The notes beneath the pieces are model-generated. The model had not been told where the DNA came from and ran no database searches. It saw nothing but the letters and a program-made list of their open reading frames with translations. A stretch of DNA of 64,000 nt from Octopus vulgaris (taxonomy: Eukaryota): contig OX597824.1 of assembly GCA_951406725.2 (NCBI GenBank), positions 29,326,001 to 29,390,000 on the forward strand, in the 5' to 3' direction. The stretch's first letter is position 1. Every line of letters begins with the position of its first letter. This document shows, piece by piece, positions 51,906 through 64,000 of this stretch. A program made the position numbers and the translations under genes.

Positions 51906-52424
51906 TAAAACTAACAATCCTTTCTACTGTAAGCACAAGGCCTGACTTTGTGGAGAGGGGGAAATTCGATTGCACCGACTCCAGTGCGTAACTGGTTCTT
52001 ATTTTATCGACCCCAAAAGGATGAAAAGCAAAGTCGAATTCGGCGGAATTTGAACGCAGAATGTAAAGGCAAATTTTCCACGAATGACACATTTGTCTCC
52101 TAGTTGCAGTGAATACAAAATGCGAGTGGATGGAATATATGAACGCTCATATGTATGTGTGAATGTAAGTGTGTATGTGTGTGGGGGGAGATGAAAATTA
52201 AAAGATAACTGGCACTCCGAAGAATATAAGGACGAGTGTTCTGGTTGATCTGATGAATGGAACAGCCTGCTCGTGAAATTAAGGTTCAAGTGGCAGAGCA
52301 CTGCATAGACATGCGTACCTTCAACGTAGTTCCCAGGCTTTCAAGGAGATTCAGATTAACTCTTCAGGTTAATGCAAAATTGTTTTTTATTATAATTGAA
52401 CATGAAAACAAAAATTAATACATA

Positions 52425-52817
52425 TGTATATATATAAAAGTAAGGTTGTGTGTCTGTCTACTCCGATTTAGATTCCTAACTACTCCCACATTTTGCGGTG
52501 CAGTTTAACCAAAACTGGGTATCTTATAGTCGTGATTCATATCAAGCCCTTCTGGGTATTATCGCGCGTCTACGATGAGTCTACGATTTTAAAAATAATT
52601 TACCATAATTTTTTTCCATTTTAATGCATATTTTTTAAATATAAGGGAAGTAACTCTCTAAAAATATCTACGATGAGTCAACGATTTAAAACAAAATTTA
52701 CCATAATTTCTTTTCCCTTCTTAATGCATTTTTTGCTAGTTTTTGGCTATAACTCTCTAAAAATGCTTTATAGTTATTTCCCTTACAAACCCGAGCAACG
52801 CCGGGCGATACTGCTAG
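52425..52817 (+). mobile_element. Non-autonomous Helitron
   Basis: 5' T(G)TATATATATAAAAG; subterminal hairpin CCCGAGCAACGCCGGG; 3' CTAG followed by T; internal ~85 bp tandem duplication. Confidence 0.85.
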
Positions 52818-53191
52818 TGTATATATATAAATAAGGTATGAATAATAGTTATTTCATATTTTTCTTTATTGTAGTAACTTTGACTTACAGCTGTTTCCAT
52901 TAGTCGTTATAGGTTTGTTATTGATAAGTTTACTCAATCGGACCATTGGAAACTATGTAAAAAAATCATTATTCATGCCTTGTCTTGTGTATCAACGTGC
53001 GTAAAAACCAGTATAACATGGGCACCACCATGCATTTACAATAATGAACTGTGATGAACTATAAACTCGAACCCTACCTCAAGAGTACGCCGAGTTCTTT
53101 ACTAATCTAAATAATATTGTTAGTCTGGTGTACAAACAGAAAGCTTATAAAGAGTTTTGCCTTGATTGATAATCCCTCACTAACAATTATA

Positions 53192-53242
<51 letters not shown>

Positions 53243-53280
53243 TTTTTATTCAAAGTTTCAAGTTGCCGTTCGTCGGACAG
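53243..53280 (-). ncRNA. Decayed minimal type I hammerhead motif (copy 2)
   Basis: Minus strand CTGT-CCGACGA-ACG(GCAA)CTT-GAAA-C-TTTGA-A-TA-AAAAG, homologous to 10383-10420. Confidence 0.5.
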
Positions 53281-53301
53281 TTTTTGCTATGTGTTTACTC
53301 C

Positions 53302-53396
<95 letters not shown>

Positions 53397-53641
53397 ATGT
53401 ATTTTTACTAATTATATACTTTTTATTTATTATTTTATACTTTGCTTAATTATTGATATATGTCTTTATCGTATATATATATTTTTCTATATGGTATATT
53501 TTAATTATATCATTGTTATTTCATTGTTGAATTGATAAAAGGTGGTTCTTCTCTAATTTATATACATGTATTATATATTGTGAAATTTGATTCAGTATTA
53601 TTAAATTGAATTTTTCCCTGTAAGTTTGGAATAATATTCCC

Positions 53642-53755
<114 letters not shown>

Positions 53756-54161
53756 ATATATATATATATGAAGAGAGGGTAATTAATCATTAATCGAATG
53801 AGTGGTCCAGTTAGTGATACCAGACAAATTTATGGATCAGCTATGCCGGGCATCAGAAAATTTAATAGGAAACACGCCCGCAAAACAATCACGGTGATCG
53901 TGCGCATTAACGCGATTGTGCTGATAATAAAAAATTGAACAATACATTCTTTTATGAATTTCATTTATTGTTAATAACTTCGTTCACACACACGCTCACA
54001 CACAGATACACACACACATATACACACATACAAATACACACACACACACATACACACACACAAATAAATGCAGAGACATATACATATGCCTGTTGTGTCA
54101 ACGTCTATATAATACATATACGTGTGTATGTATATATATATATATACACACATACGTACAT

Positions 54162-54210
<49 letters not shown>

Positions 54211-54239
54211 TATATATATGTATATATATATATATGTAC

Positions 54240-54291
<52 letters not shown>

Positions 54292-54308
54292 TTTTATATA
54301 TCTATATA

Positions 54309-54387
<79 letters not shown>

Positions 54388-54686
54388 TCATGCACAATCT
54401 CACACTCCACATATATATGGAGAGAGCGGGAGAGAGAGAAAGAAGAGAGAGGGAGAGGAAGAGGAGAGAAATAGAGAGAAAGAGGAGAGAGGGAGAGTTG
54501 GGGAGGAAGATTGATAGTCAAATTGATGCAGTGAAATATAGATAGACATATAAGACATACATCAGCGATATGAGCGGTATTTTTTTGCTTCGCTTAATTG
54601 TTTTTATGTTTTTGCATTTACTGACGAGCTTTACAGCTGAATCAACAACTGGCAAAACCAACTTTTTCAACTTGTGACCCACATAC

Positions 54687-54725
<39 letters not shown>

Positions 54726-54852
54726 ACCGGCAGATTTAGTTCGGTACCATGCTGCTACATTTTGCACATCTGTTCTTTCGAAGAACCCTTCAATGATATT
54801 ATCACGATAATCGGTGTCTATAATATCCACTAATGATTCATACAATATATAT

Positions 54853-55018
<166 letters not shown>

Positions 55019-55022
55019 GTAA

Positions 55023-55113
<91 letters not shown>

Positions 55114-55152
55114 AATATGTATATGTATATATACAATATATATATATATATA

Positions 55153-55186
<34 letters not shown>

Positions 55187-55196
55187 TTACATATAC

Positions 55197-55233
<37 letters not shown>

Positions 55234-55411
55234 AATACATAGATACGTACGTAAATACATATATATATATATATATATATATAGATATATATAAAATATA
55301 TATATATATATATATAATATTTGTGTTTATATTTATGCATTTATTTTACTGTGTATTTGCATGTGTGTGTGTATGCGTGTGTTTGCATGCACTTGTGCGT
55401 GTTTTTTTATG

Positions 55412-55443
<32 letters not shown>

Positions 55444-55506
55444 CTTTCAAAAATCCATATATGTGTATGTTTGTATAAGGAGAGCGAGAGAGTGAAAGGG
55501 AGAAGG

Positions 55507-55573
<67 letters not shown>

Positions 55574-55829
55574 TTATTTGCACCAAAACAATCGTGTTCA
55601 ATATAACTATGTCGCAGATGGCTATAGATTTCCATAGATGCTTCTCTATACGTAAAATGAACTGGAATTGTGTAGTTACATTTCGGCTTCGTTTGATGAG
55701 CTTTAGTTCAGCGGGTTGGAAATAAAATATGTGAAATGATTAATGGACGTGTAAAGCCTGCAAGTATTGTGATTGTTATATTTCTTTGAAATCTAGTGTC
55801 CTCAACCACGCATCTTATGAGGAGGCCTT

Positions 55830-56178
55830 ACTCTTTTACTCTTTTACTTATTTCAGTCATATGACTGTGGCCATGCTGGAGCACCGCCTTTAGTCGAACA
55901 AATCGACACCAGAACTTATTCTTTGCAAGCGTAGTACTTATTCTATCGGTCTCTTTTGCCGAAACGCTAAGTTACGGGAACGTAAGCACACCAGCATCGG
56001 TTGTCAAGCGATGTTGGGGGGACAAACATAGACACACAAACACACACACATACATATATATATACATAGGCATATATACGACGAACTTCTTTCAGTTTCA
56101 GTCTACCAAATCTACTCACAAGGTTTTGGTCGGCCCGAGTCCATAGTAGAATACACCGCAGCCATAGTAGAAGACACT
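55830..56178 (-). mobile_element. SINE family A, 5'-truncated
   Basis: Tail and body present; tRNA head missing. Confidence 0.85.
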
Positions 56179-56624
56179 AGTGTTTGTGTCGGCACGTTGA
56201 AATAATCTCGTCTTTTTTATTAAATAACTCAACCAGACTCATCAGAATTTCCAAGTCTGTGACTGTCTTTTCTGTCTTTTCTGCATTTCTGCATTTATAT
56301 CAAAGACAGATAAATGTCAGATTCTGAGGAAAGAGAAATGAAAGAGAGAGAGAGAGAGAGAGAAGAACGAAAGAAACAGTAAAATATCTTTCTTCACATA
56401 CACTATTTCGCAGTTTTTCGAAAAACTTGCGCCGATCAACTGCAATGCATTTTTGAAGGTCGATAAAATAAAGAACCAGTTAAATACTTAGGTCTGTTTC
56501 CAAAAATTTCTGGATTTGTCCATACGAAAGAAATTATTATCAAATGTGACTTTTGTTGGAAGGAGCAATAGAGCGGCAGAATTGTTGAATCGTTGTCAGT
56601 CAAAATGCTTTCACTTATTTTCTA

Positions 56625-57009
56625 CTAGCAGTATCGCCCGGCGTTGCTCGGGTTTGTAAGGGAAATAACTATAAAGCATTTTTAGAGAGTTATAGCCAAA
56701 AAATAGCAAAAAAAATGGGGAAAAAATGATGGTAAATTTTTTTTTAGAGTTAAAAAGGTCGAGTTGCGTCCCCTAGACAGTCTGTGGTTTGTGTTTCTGA
56801 TTCTCGACCCCATGTCGAATTTATCGATTTTTTTCAGAACTGGGGGAACTTTTCAAAATTTTCGCTGCGTTAGTTTTGAATTATGACATTGGGCTATATG
56901 TGTGTCAAGTTTCATCAGAATCGGTTGAAAGCCGTGATCAGGGTGAGGGTACAACCTAACAGACACACAGACACGCACACAGACAAACTGCCGTTTATAT
57001 TGAGAGAGA
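56625..57009 (-). mobile_element. Non-autonomous Helitron
   Basis: Minus strand starts TC and ends CTAG, inserted between A (56624) and T (57010) with no TSD; same CCCGAGCAACGCCGGG hairpin as 52425-52817. Confidence 0.92.
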
Positions 57010-57621
57010 TGAGCGAGCCATTTAAGTCAATCAACTTCTTTCATTTTTCCATGCTCCATCAACTGAAAAAAAAGGAGACTCAGCTGCTCTGACTATGAAG
57101 CTAGACTTGAGTCTAAAAACTCCAACTCTGTGGAAGTCGGCGAATACACACGACACACACGCACACTACACTCGCAAACTTATAGCCTTATGAGCGGATT
57201 TGATTGATGGAAATTCTGTGGAATCCCTGTGTACATGTTGCATGTGTATGTGTGTGTGTGTCTGTGTGTATCTATGTAGGTAGGTTGGTATGTAGGAAGG
57301 TATGTAGGCAGGTAGGTGTGTGTGTGTGTGTGTGTTTGTCCACCTTCATACCACATGACAACCGATGTTGGCTTGTTTAACTTTGCGTAATGTAGAGATT
57401 CGGCAAAAGAGCTGAAAGATTGTCAGGCTTAAAAGAAAAAGACAAACATTAGAGTCGATTTGTTCGACTAAACTCTTCAAGGCACTTTCCCAGTTTGACC
57501 GAAGTCCAATGATTGAAACAAGTAGAAGATAAAGGAAAGAGATAGAGGGGGAGAGAGACCAGGCTTCAATTCTCTCGAGAGGAAAATAATCGACGAAAAT
57601 CCATTACTTCACCGATACTTA

Positions 57622-57821
57622 CAGTCGTGGCCAAAAGTTTGGAACATTTTAAAAAAGAAGTAGGAGTGGCTGTGTGGTAAGTAGGTTGCTTACCAACCAC
57701 ATGGTTGCGGGTTCAGTCCCACTGCGTGGCACCTTGGGCAAGTGTCTTCTACTATAGCCACGGGCCGACCAATGCCTTGTGTGTGGATTTGGTAGACGGA
57801 AACTGAAAGAAGCCCGTCCTA

Positions 57822-57852
<31 letters not shown>

Positions 57853-58258
57853 GTTTGTGTGTCTGCGTTTGTTCCCCCAACATCGCTTGACAACCGATGC
57901 TGGAGTGTTTACGTTTCCGTAACTTAGCGGTTCGGCAAAAGAGACCGATAGAATAAGTACTAGGCTTACAAAGAATAAGTCCTGGTGTCGATTTGCTCGA
58001 CTAAAAGGCGGTGCTCCAGCATGACCTCAGTCAAATGACTGAAACAAGTAAAAGAGAGTAAAAGACTTAAAATTGTTATGCCCAAGTACAACTCGATTCA
58101 AATATAACTTTAATATAAAAATTCAAATTTTGAGATCTATTTTCCAAACTTTTCGCCGAGTAATAATGCGTATATTACAAATTAAATATAGTTTTTGACA
58201 TTTAGTATTAAACAATTCTAAATGTCAAACCTATGTTCCAAACTTTTGGCCACTGATG
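57622..58258. mobile_element. Tc1-type MITE with nested family A SINE (57660-58064)
   Basis: TA|CAGTCGTGGCCAAAAGTTTGGAACA ... TGTTCCAAACTTTTGGCCACTGATG|TA; no coding remnant; ~230 bp once the SINE is removed. Confidence 0.88.
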
Positions 58259-58709
58259 TACATTTTCTGACCAGGAATAATATAACAGATAGTATACTCC
58301 AGTAAGAACCGAACTCAGAAGCCTAGATACGTAGCTGAAATGCGTAAGGCACTTTGTCTCTTGTTTTACCGAATCTGCAGTCTGCCATCTTCCTCTTTAT
58401 AATTACTGCATGATGATTAATTTAATTAACTAATTTGCATTGTAAATAAAATACCCCCGTATCCGTATTTAAATAGATTCGTTGTTTCTATTTCGAAAAC
58501 TTTGTCGTCACAAAAGTTACTTATTCAGTAATATTAATTTCCTGTTGAAATTTAGAAATTTTAAACAAATTATTTATTCAGTTGCAACATTTATACAGCT
58601 GCAAAAGATGGTGGGGAAATGATTTGCATTGAAGACAAGTCATGTTTTCATCTAAATTCCTTTTTGATCAGGCAATTGAAAAACAATTTGCCAAGTGTAC
58701 ATAATACGT

Positions 58710-58746
<37 letters not shown>

Positions 58747-59062
58747 CACACACAGAGGCAATCATGCCTATATGTTTATATGTGTAGGTGTCTTTGTTTG
58801 CATGTGTTATATATACACTTATACGTACACGTATATACATACATATATATGTATATATATATATGTTTCTTTTGAAGCCCTTATATTTCTTGAATACGAT
58901 ATTAATGAAAGCTTCTCATTAAGTCTCCATCACCACTACCCTCGTCATCATCATCTTCATCATTACCTCGCTGTCGTCATCCTTATCATCACCAAATTCT
59001 TTTCCTCCTACTCCTCTTTCTTCTTCGTCTTCTCTCTTTCTTTCTTTGTTCCCTTCTATCTT

Positions 59063-59467
59063 ATTTCTTTATTGCCCACATGGGGCTAAACAGAGAGGGG
59101 ACAGACAAAGGGATTAAGTGGATTACATCAACCCCAATCAGTAACTGGTACTTAATCTATCGACCTCGAAAGGATGAGAGGCAAAGTCAGCCTCAGCGGA
59201 ATTTGAACTCAGAACGTAACGGCAGACGAAATACCTATTTCTTGACAACCCACAAGGGGCTAAACACAGAGAGGACAAATAAGGACAGACAAACGGATTA
59301 AGTCGATTATATCGATCCCAGTGCGTAACTGGTACTTGATTTATCGACCCCGAAAGGATGAAAGGCAAAGTCGATCTCGGCGGAATTTGAACTCAGAACG
59401 TAACGGCAGACGAATTACGGCTACGCATTTCGCCCGGCGTTTGTAACGTTTCTGCCAGCTCGCCGCC
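59063..59467 (-). mobile_element. Dimeric SINE family B
   Basis: Same dimer junction GACGAAATACC|TATTTCTT (59225-59243) as 23751-24160. Confidence 0.87.
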
Positions 59468-59776
59468 TTGTCAGTTTAGTGTATTAAAACCCTTCAAGGC
59501 GGTGCCCCAGCTTGACTGTGGTGCAGTGATGGAAACAAGTAAAAGCGATGTCTTTGATTTGCTGCCGCTGCTGTTATGGCGATTTCTATGTTTCGTGACA
59601 CATTCATGATACGGCGATTCGACAAAATATTTTAGTGTTCTTTTAGAGAGACACACAAAAGCTAAGAATTACAAATCAAACCGTATATGTAATACATGAA
59701 TAAATATATAAAACACACACACACAAGCATTCTTGTATGTATATATATATACATACCTACGTATATATATATATGC

Positions 59777-59807
<31 letters not shown>

Positions 59808-59836
59808 CACCTACGTACATATATATATGCACATAC

Positions 59837-59901
<65 letters not shown>

Positions 59902-60308
59902 AGCAGATCTGTATATTCATAAGCAAAAGAAATGATTAAAAAATGATAGAAAGAAAGGGAAAAAAGCAGAAAGAGTTAAATGTAATATATGGTCGATATT
60001 TTCAGGAACGAGAATATATGAGATTATACGGGATTTCATGTAAATTCAGAATTTAGTTCGTATTTAAGTGAATGTTTGTATGAGATAAGGGAATGTGAAT
60101 ATTCAGCAAGTTTGTAAGATGGTGAAATGCATCCTTACAAACGAACACACACACACACACACGCACACACACACAACACAACACATATATACATACACAC
60201 ACACACACACACATATACATATACACACAAATATACATGCATTTATCAATGTATATTCATTATTCTTACACATATATATAAATTTCGTTGCGATATATAT
60301 ATATACAT

Positions 60309-60360
<52 letters not shown>

Positions 60361-60506
60361 ATGCTAAGATAGAGATATATGCATGTATATATATACGTAC
60401 ACATATATATTTGTGTGCGTGCGTGTATGTAAATATTTATATATTTACATACATATGCCCATATACACATACATATGTATATATGAATAATGCATACATA
60501 TATACA

Positions 60507-60562
<56 letters not shown>

Positions 60563-61340
60563 CACACAACCATATATACATGTGTGTGTGTAGTGTTTTA
60601 TATACACACACATGCATATATACACACACATGCATATGCATATACATCTATATTGAAAATTGCGTCACAAGAAACAAAATATTTCAGAAATTCGTTCTCG
60701 CTATATATCAAAGAAACATAATATGTATATATGTATACGGAATAAATAAGAAGAAAAAAAATGATCAGACTATAAGATAAAAGAAATAGAATGCGCATAA
60801 ATGAGCATGTTTAATGAAACAGTATCCTAGACTGTATGAGCAATCAGTTTTTCAAAATGGAAGATGTGGAATACAAATTTAATAGAATTACCGTCGGAAT
60901 TAAACTGCGATAAAAATTAATAAATATTTAATCATGGGTCTATAATTAATTATTTTTGAAATTACGCACAAAACAAAACTGATAATGGAGATGTTTGTTA
61001 AAAACGAATCATTACAGAATGAATGATTTCGCAAGTACTTTTTAAAATAAATTATCGATCCCGGTAGGATAAACGGCGTAATCATGTCTTTAGCAGGAAT
61101 TGGATTCAACAAAATAAAGGTACGCTTTAAAAGTCCAGAATATGGTTAAGACTCTCGCTTTTCAAACGCGTAATTTCGGATTCAATGCCACTTTGCGGCA
61201 GCGGTGCCTTGGACAAGTACCATTTCTAATATATATAACTTCGAGTTGATCAATGTCTTCTGAGTGAATATTATTGGGTGAAACTTTGTAGAAGCCTATC
61301 GTCGTACATGTGTGTGTTTGTGTGTGTTTGTGTGTGTGTG

Positions 61341-61406
<66 letters not shown>

Positions 61407-61408
<2 letters not shown>

Positions 61409-61620
61409 CGAGCTGGCAGACTCGTTAGCACGCCGGGCGAAGTGCGTAGCCGTATTTCGTCTGCTGTTACGTTTTGAGTTCAAATTCCGCCGAAGTTGAC
61501 TTTGCCTTTCATCCTTTCGGGGTCGATAAATTAAGTACCAGTTACGCCCTGGGGTCGATGTAATCGACATAATCCGTTTGTCCCCTCTGTGTTTAGACCC
61601 TTGTGGGCAGTAGTGAAATA
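61407..61620 (+). mobile_element. SINE family B monomer
   Basis: GGCGAGCTGGCAGA head, GAGTTCAAATTCC B box, Meta-like core and GAAATA end. Confidence 0.87.
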
Positions 61621-62070
61621 CATACATATATATATATATATATATGTACACCGCCATCATCATCATCAACACGGTCGTCGTCGACATCATCATCATCATC
61701 ATTACCATTATTTTATTCGTGGTCGTCGTCGTCGTTGTCATCACTATCGTCCTTCTGTCCTCCCCTTCTTTTTCATCATCATAAACATTACTGTGGTGTT
61801 GGTGTCGGTGATGGTGATGATGATGGTGATAGTGATGACGGTGACGATAGTGATGATGGTGTTCGTGATGATAGTAGTGGTGAAGATGTTGCTGCTGGTG
61901 GTGGCTTTGGTGATGGGTTTTTGTTTTTTGTGACGATTGTGTTTCTGTTTCTGTTTCCATTTATTTTCTATTCTTTCAATGCTGCTGTTAACAATTAGAT
62001 AGATTAATGGAAGGCTACTACACTTGTTTTTGATGTTGCTACTGTTTTCTTCTTCTTCTTCTTCTTCTTC

Positions 62071-62137
<67 letters not shown>

Positions 62138-62139
<2 letters not shown>

Positions 62140-62606
62140 TAATCAGGACTCACGCCACTAGCCACAAAGGATAATCTCTAATTCGATCCTACTCTAAGCA
62201 ACTACGAATGCGTGCGGCAACTTGAAGATCCACCCATCATACGCATAGATTGGCGGTTACACGGGCGCGAAAGCTGCGTTGTTTTCCGCATTCCGTAAAT
62301 AGTGGCTTTTAACGGGTGGAGAGCGGAACCCTCTTGGGGTACAGAGGATTCGCAATCTAGACTAGGGTCTGAAAGTTTACCACACCATAGTGAGTTACAT
62401 CATGGTTCCTTTGCTTTGTGGCAGAATTAGGAAGAAAGAGTGAGAGAAATTTGTGGTGAAAGAGTATAGCGGGGTTCATCCCTGAGCATCGTGGAGCTTA
62501 GGGTTTTTTGCTCAATAACCACTCACAATGCCCGGTCTGGGAATCGAAACCGCGTTCTTACGACCGCGAGTCCGCTGCACTAACCATTAGGCCATTGCGC
62601 CTCCAC
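62138..62606 (-). mobile_element. SINE with family C head and a distinct ~290 bp tail ending in (TAA)n
   Basis: 62427-62606 matches the family C head/body; 62138-62426 is unique in the window and on the minus strand runs into (AAT)n at 62071-62138. Confidence 0.6.
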
Positions 62607-62886
62607 TGCTGCTGTTGTTGTTGTTGTTACTTTATTCTTGTTGTTTTCGTTGCCATTGTCGCTACGTTGTTGTCGCTGTTATTGTTCTTGTTGTTGTAGA
62701 TAGTGCTTATTGTTTCTCATATCATTAATATCTATAGTGCAAAAGGTCCGAAATTTTGCGGGAGGTGGGGGGGGGGGCAGTCAATTAGATCGACCCCAGA
62801 ATGCAACTGGTACTTAATTTATCGACCCCGAAAGGATGAAAGGCAGAATCCACCACGGCAGAAATACAATCTGTATTACTCTGAAA

Positions 62887-63116
62887 GGCGGCGAGCTGGC
62901 AGAAACGTTAGCACGCCGGGCGAAATGCGTAGCCGTATTTCGTCTGCCGTTACGTTCTGAGTTCAAATTCTGCCGAGGTCGACTTTGCCTTTCATCCTTT
63001 CGGGGTCGATAAATTAAGTACCAGTTACGCACTGGGGTCGATGTAATCGACTTAATCCGTTTGTCTGTCCTTGTTTGTCCTCTCTGTGTTTAGCCCCTTG
63101 TGGGTAGTAAAGAAAT
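62887..63116 (+). mobile_element. SINE family B monomer
   Basis: Complete head, core and tail; an inverted fragment lies just upstream at ~62735-62860. Confidence 0.9.
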
Positions 63117-63246
63117 TTGTATTACTCTGCTGCTTTTATTGCAGGTTTTGGTCTTGTACTACATACTGTTATAGCTGTGGTTGTTGCTGTTATTACCGTT
63201 CATCATTAGGTCAACCATGATCATGTTAATCCATAATCAAAACAGG

Positions 63247-63586
63247 CTCCCTTTCGCTTACGAGACGACGGGGTTCCAGTTAACCCGATCAACAGAACAG
63301 TCTTTCCGTGAAATTAACGTACATGTGGTTGAGGACTCCACAGATATACCTCATTCATAACATAGTTCTGAGAGAGAGATTCAGCGTGACACAGAATGTG
63401 ACAAGGCTGGCCCTTTGAAACAGAAATACTACGCACCCATGACATAGTTCTGAGGGAGATTCCGCGTGACACAGAATGGTACAAGGCTGGCCCTTTGAAA
63501 ACAAAAGTACTACTCAATATTGCAACATAATACACCGCAGGGAATCGAACTCCCGACCTTGCGATCATGAACCGAATACCCTAAAC
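63247..63586 (-). mobile_element. Degenerate SINE with family C-type tail and ~80 bp internal tandem duplication
   Basis: ACATAGTTCTGAG...GCCCTTTGAAA occurs twice (63360-63420, 63442-63500); B box GTTCGATTCC on the minus strand at ~63541-63550. Confidence 0.7.
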
Positions 63587-64000
63587 GTAAACCACCGCTT
63601 TCACTCTACAGGACTTAATTAACTTATCGAATATGTCATTGGCTAATTTAAGACGTTAGGAAGAAAATGCCGATTTCGACAGCGGAGTTGGTAATGATAA
63701 CGGCTGGAGGTGTTTATTGTGGGAGAATTGCTTTCTTATGGATGAACTTATATCTTTACATTTAATTTGTAGTTTCTGATTGTTAATATAACATTTGTAA
63801 ACGTCGTTTTTGTTTTTGCTGTAGTTTTAAATTTTGTCGTTGTTGTTGTTGTTATTGATGGTAATGATTAGTGTATTTTTGTTATTAGTCGAGATTATGG
63901 TGGTGGAAGATATCTGTTGTTGTGGTTGCTGTGGCTGTTGTCATCGTTGTTGTTATTATTCATATATTGTTGGCAAGAAATATTGTAATTCAATGCCAGA

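Noticed and set aside
53770-53935. Unique island with TAATTA/TTTATGG motifs as a possible enhancer (similar islands at ~7400-7730 and ~51130-51620)
   Set aside because: Short motifs are expected by chance in AT-rich DNA; not supportable without conservation or chromatin data.
54642-54845. Protein-like minus-strand stretch [36 protein letters not shown]
   Set aside because: No convincing splice sites, interrupted by a GA repeat, and no recognisable domain.

Overview
AT-rich, repeat-saturated eukaryotic genomic DNA; the SINE families and extreme (TA)n/(TG)n/(TATG)n density suggest an octopus (coleoid cephalopod) assembly (inference). Almost every ORF in the supplied track is a translation of microsatellites or SINEs. 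Supported content: (1) a candidate first coding exon of an unidentified host gene on the minus strand (4104-3938); (2) dozens of tRNA-headed SINEs from at least four families; (3) a decayed R4/Dong-clade non-LTR retrotransposon arrangement, with the 3' end of one copy and the 5' part of another on either side of a ~220 bp (TAA)n array; (4) three distinct mariner elements, a Tc1-type MITE, a hAT MITE, two non-autonomous Helitrons and RTE fragments; (5) several decayed type I hammerhead-ribozyme-like motifs; (6) a ~10.8 kb near-identical tandem duplication around a 100-N gap that is probably two uncollapsed haplotypes. The most interesting pattern is a possible microsatellite-centred retroelement ecosystem: a TAA-associated Dong LINE, one SINE head carrying three interchangeable tails (one ending in a TAA array), and a hammerhead variant family with U4->C next to TA arrays.
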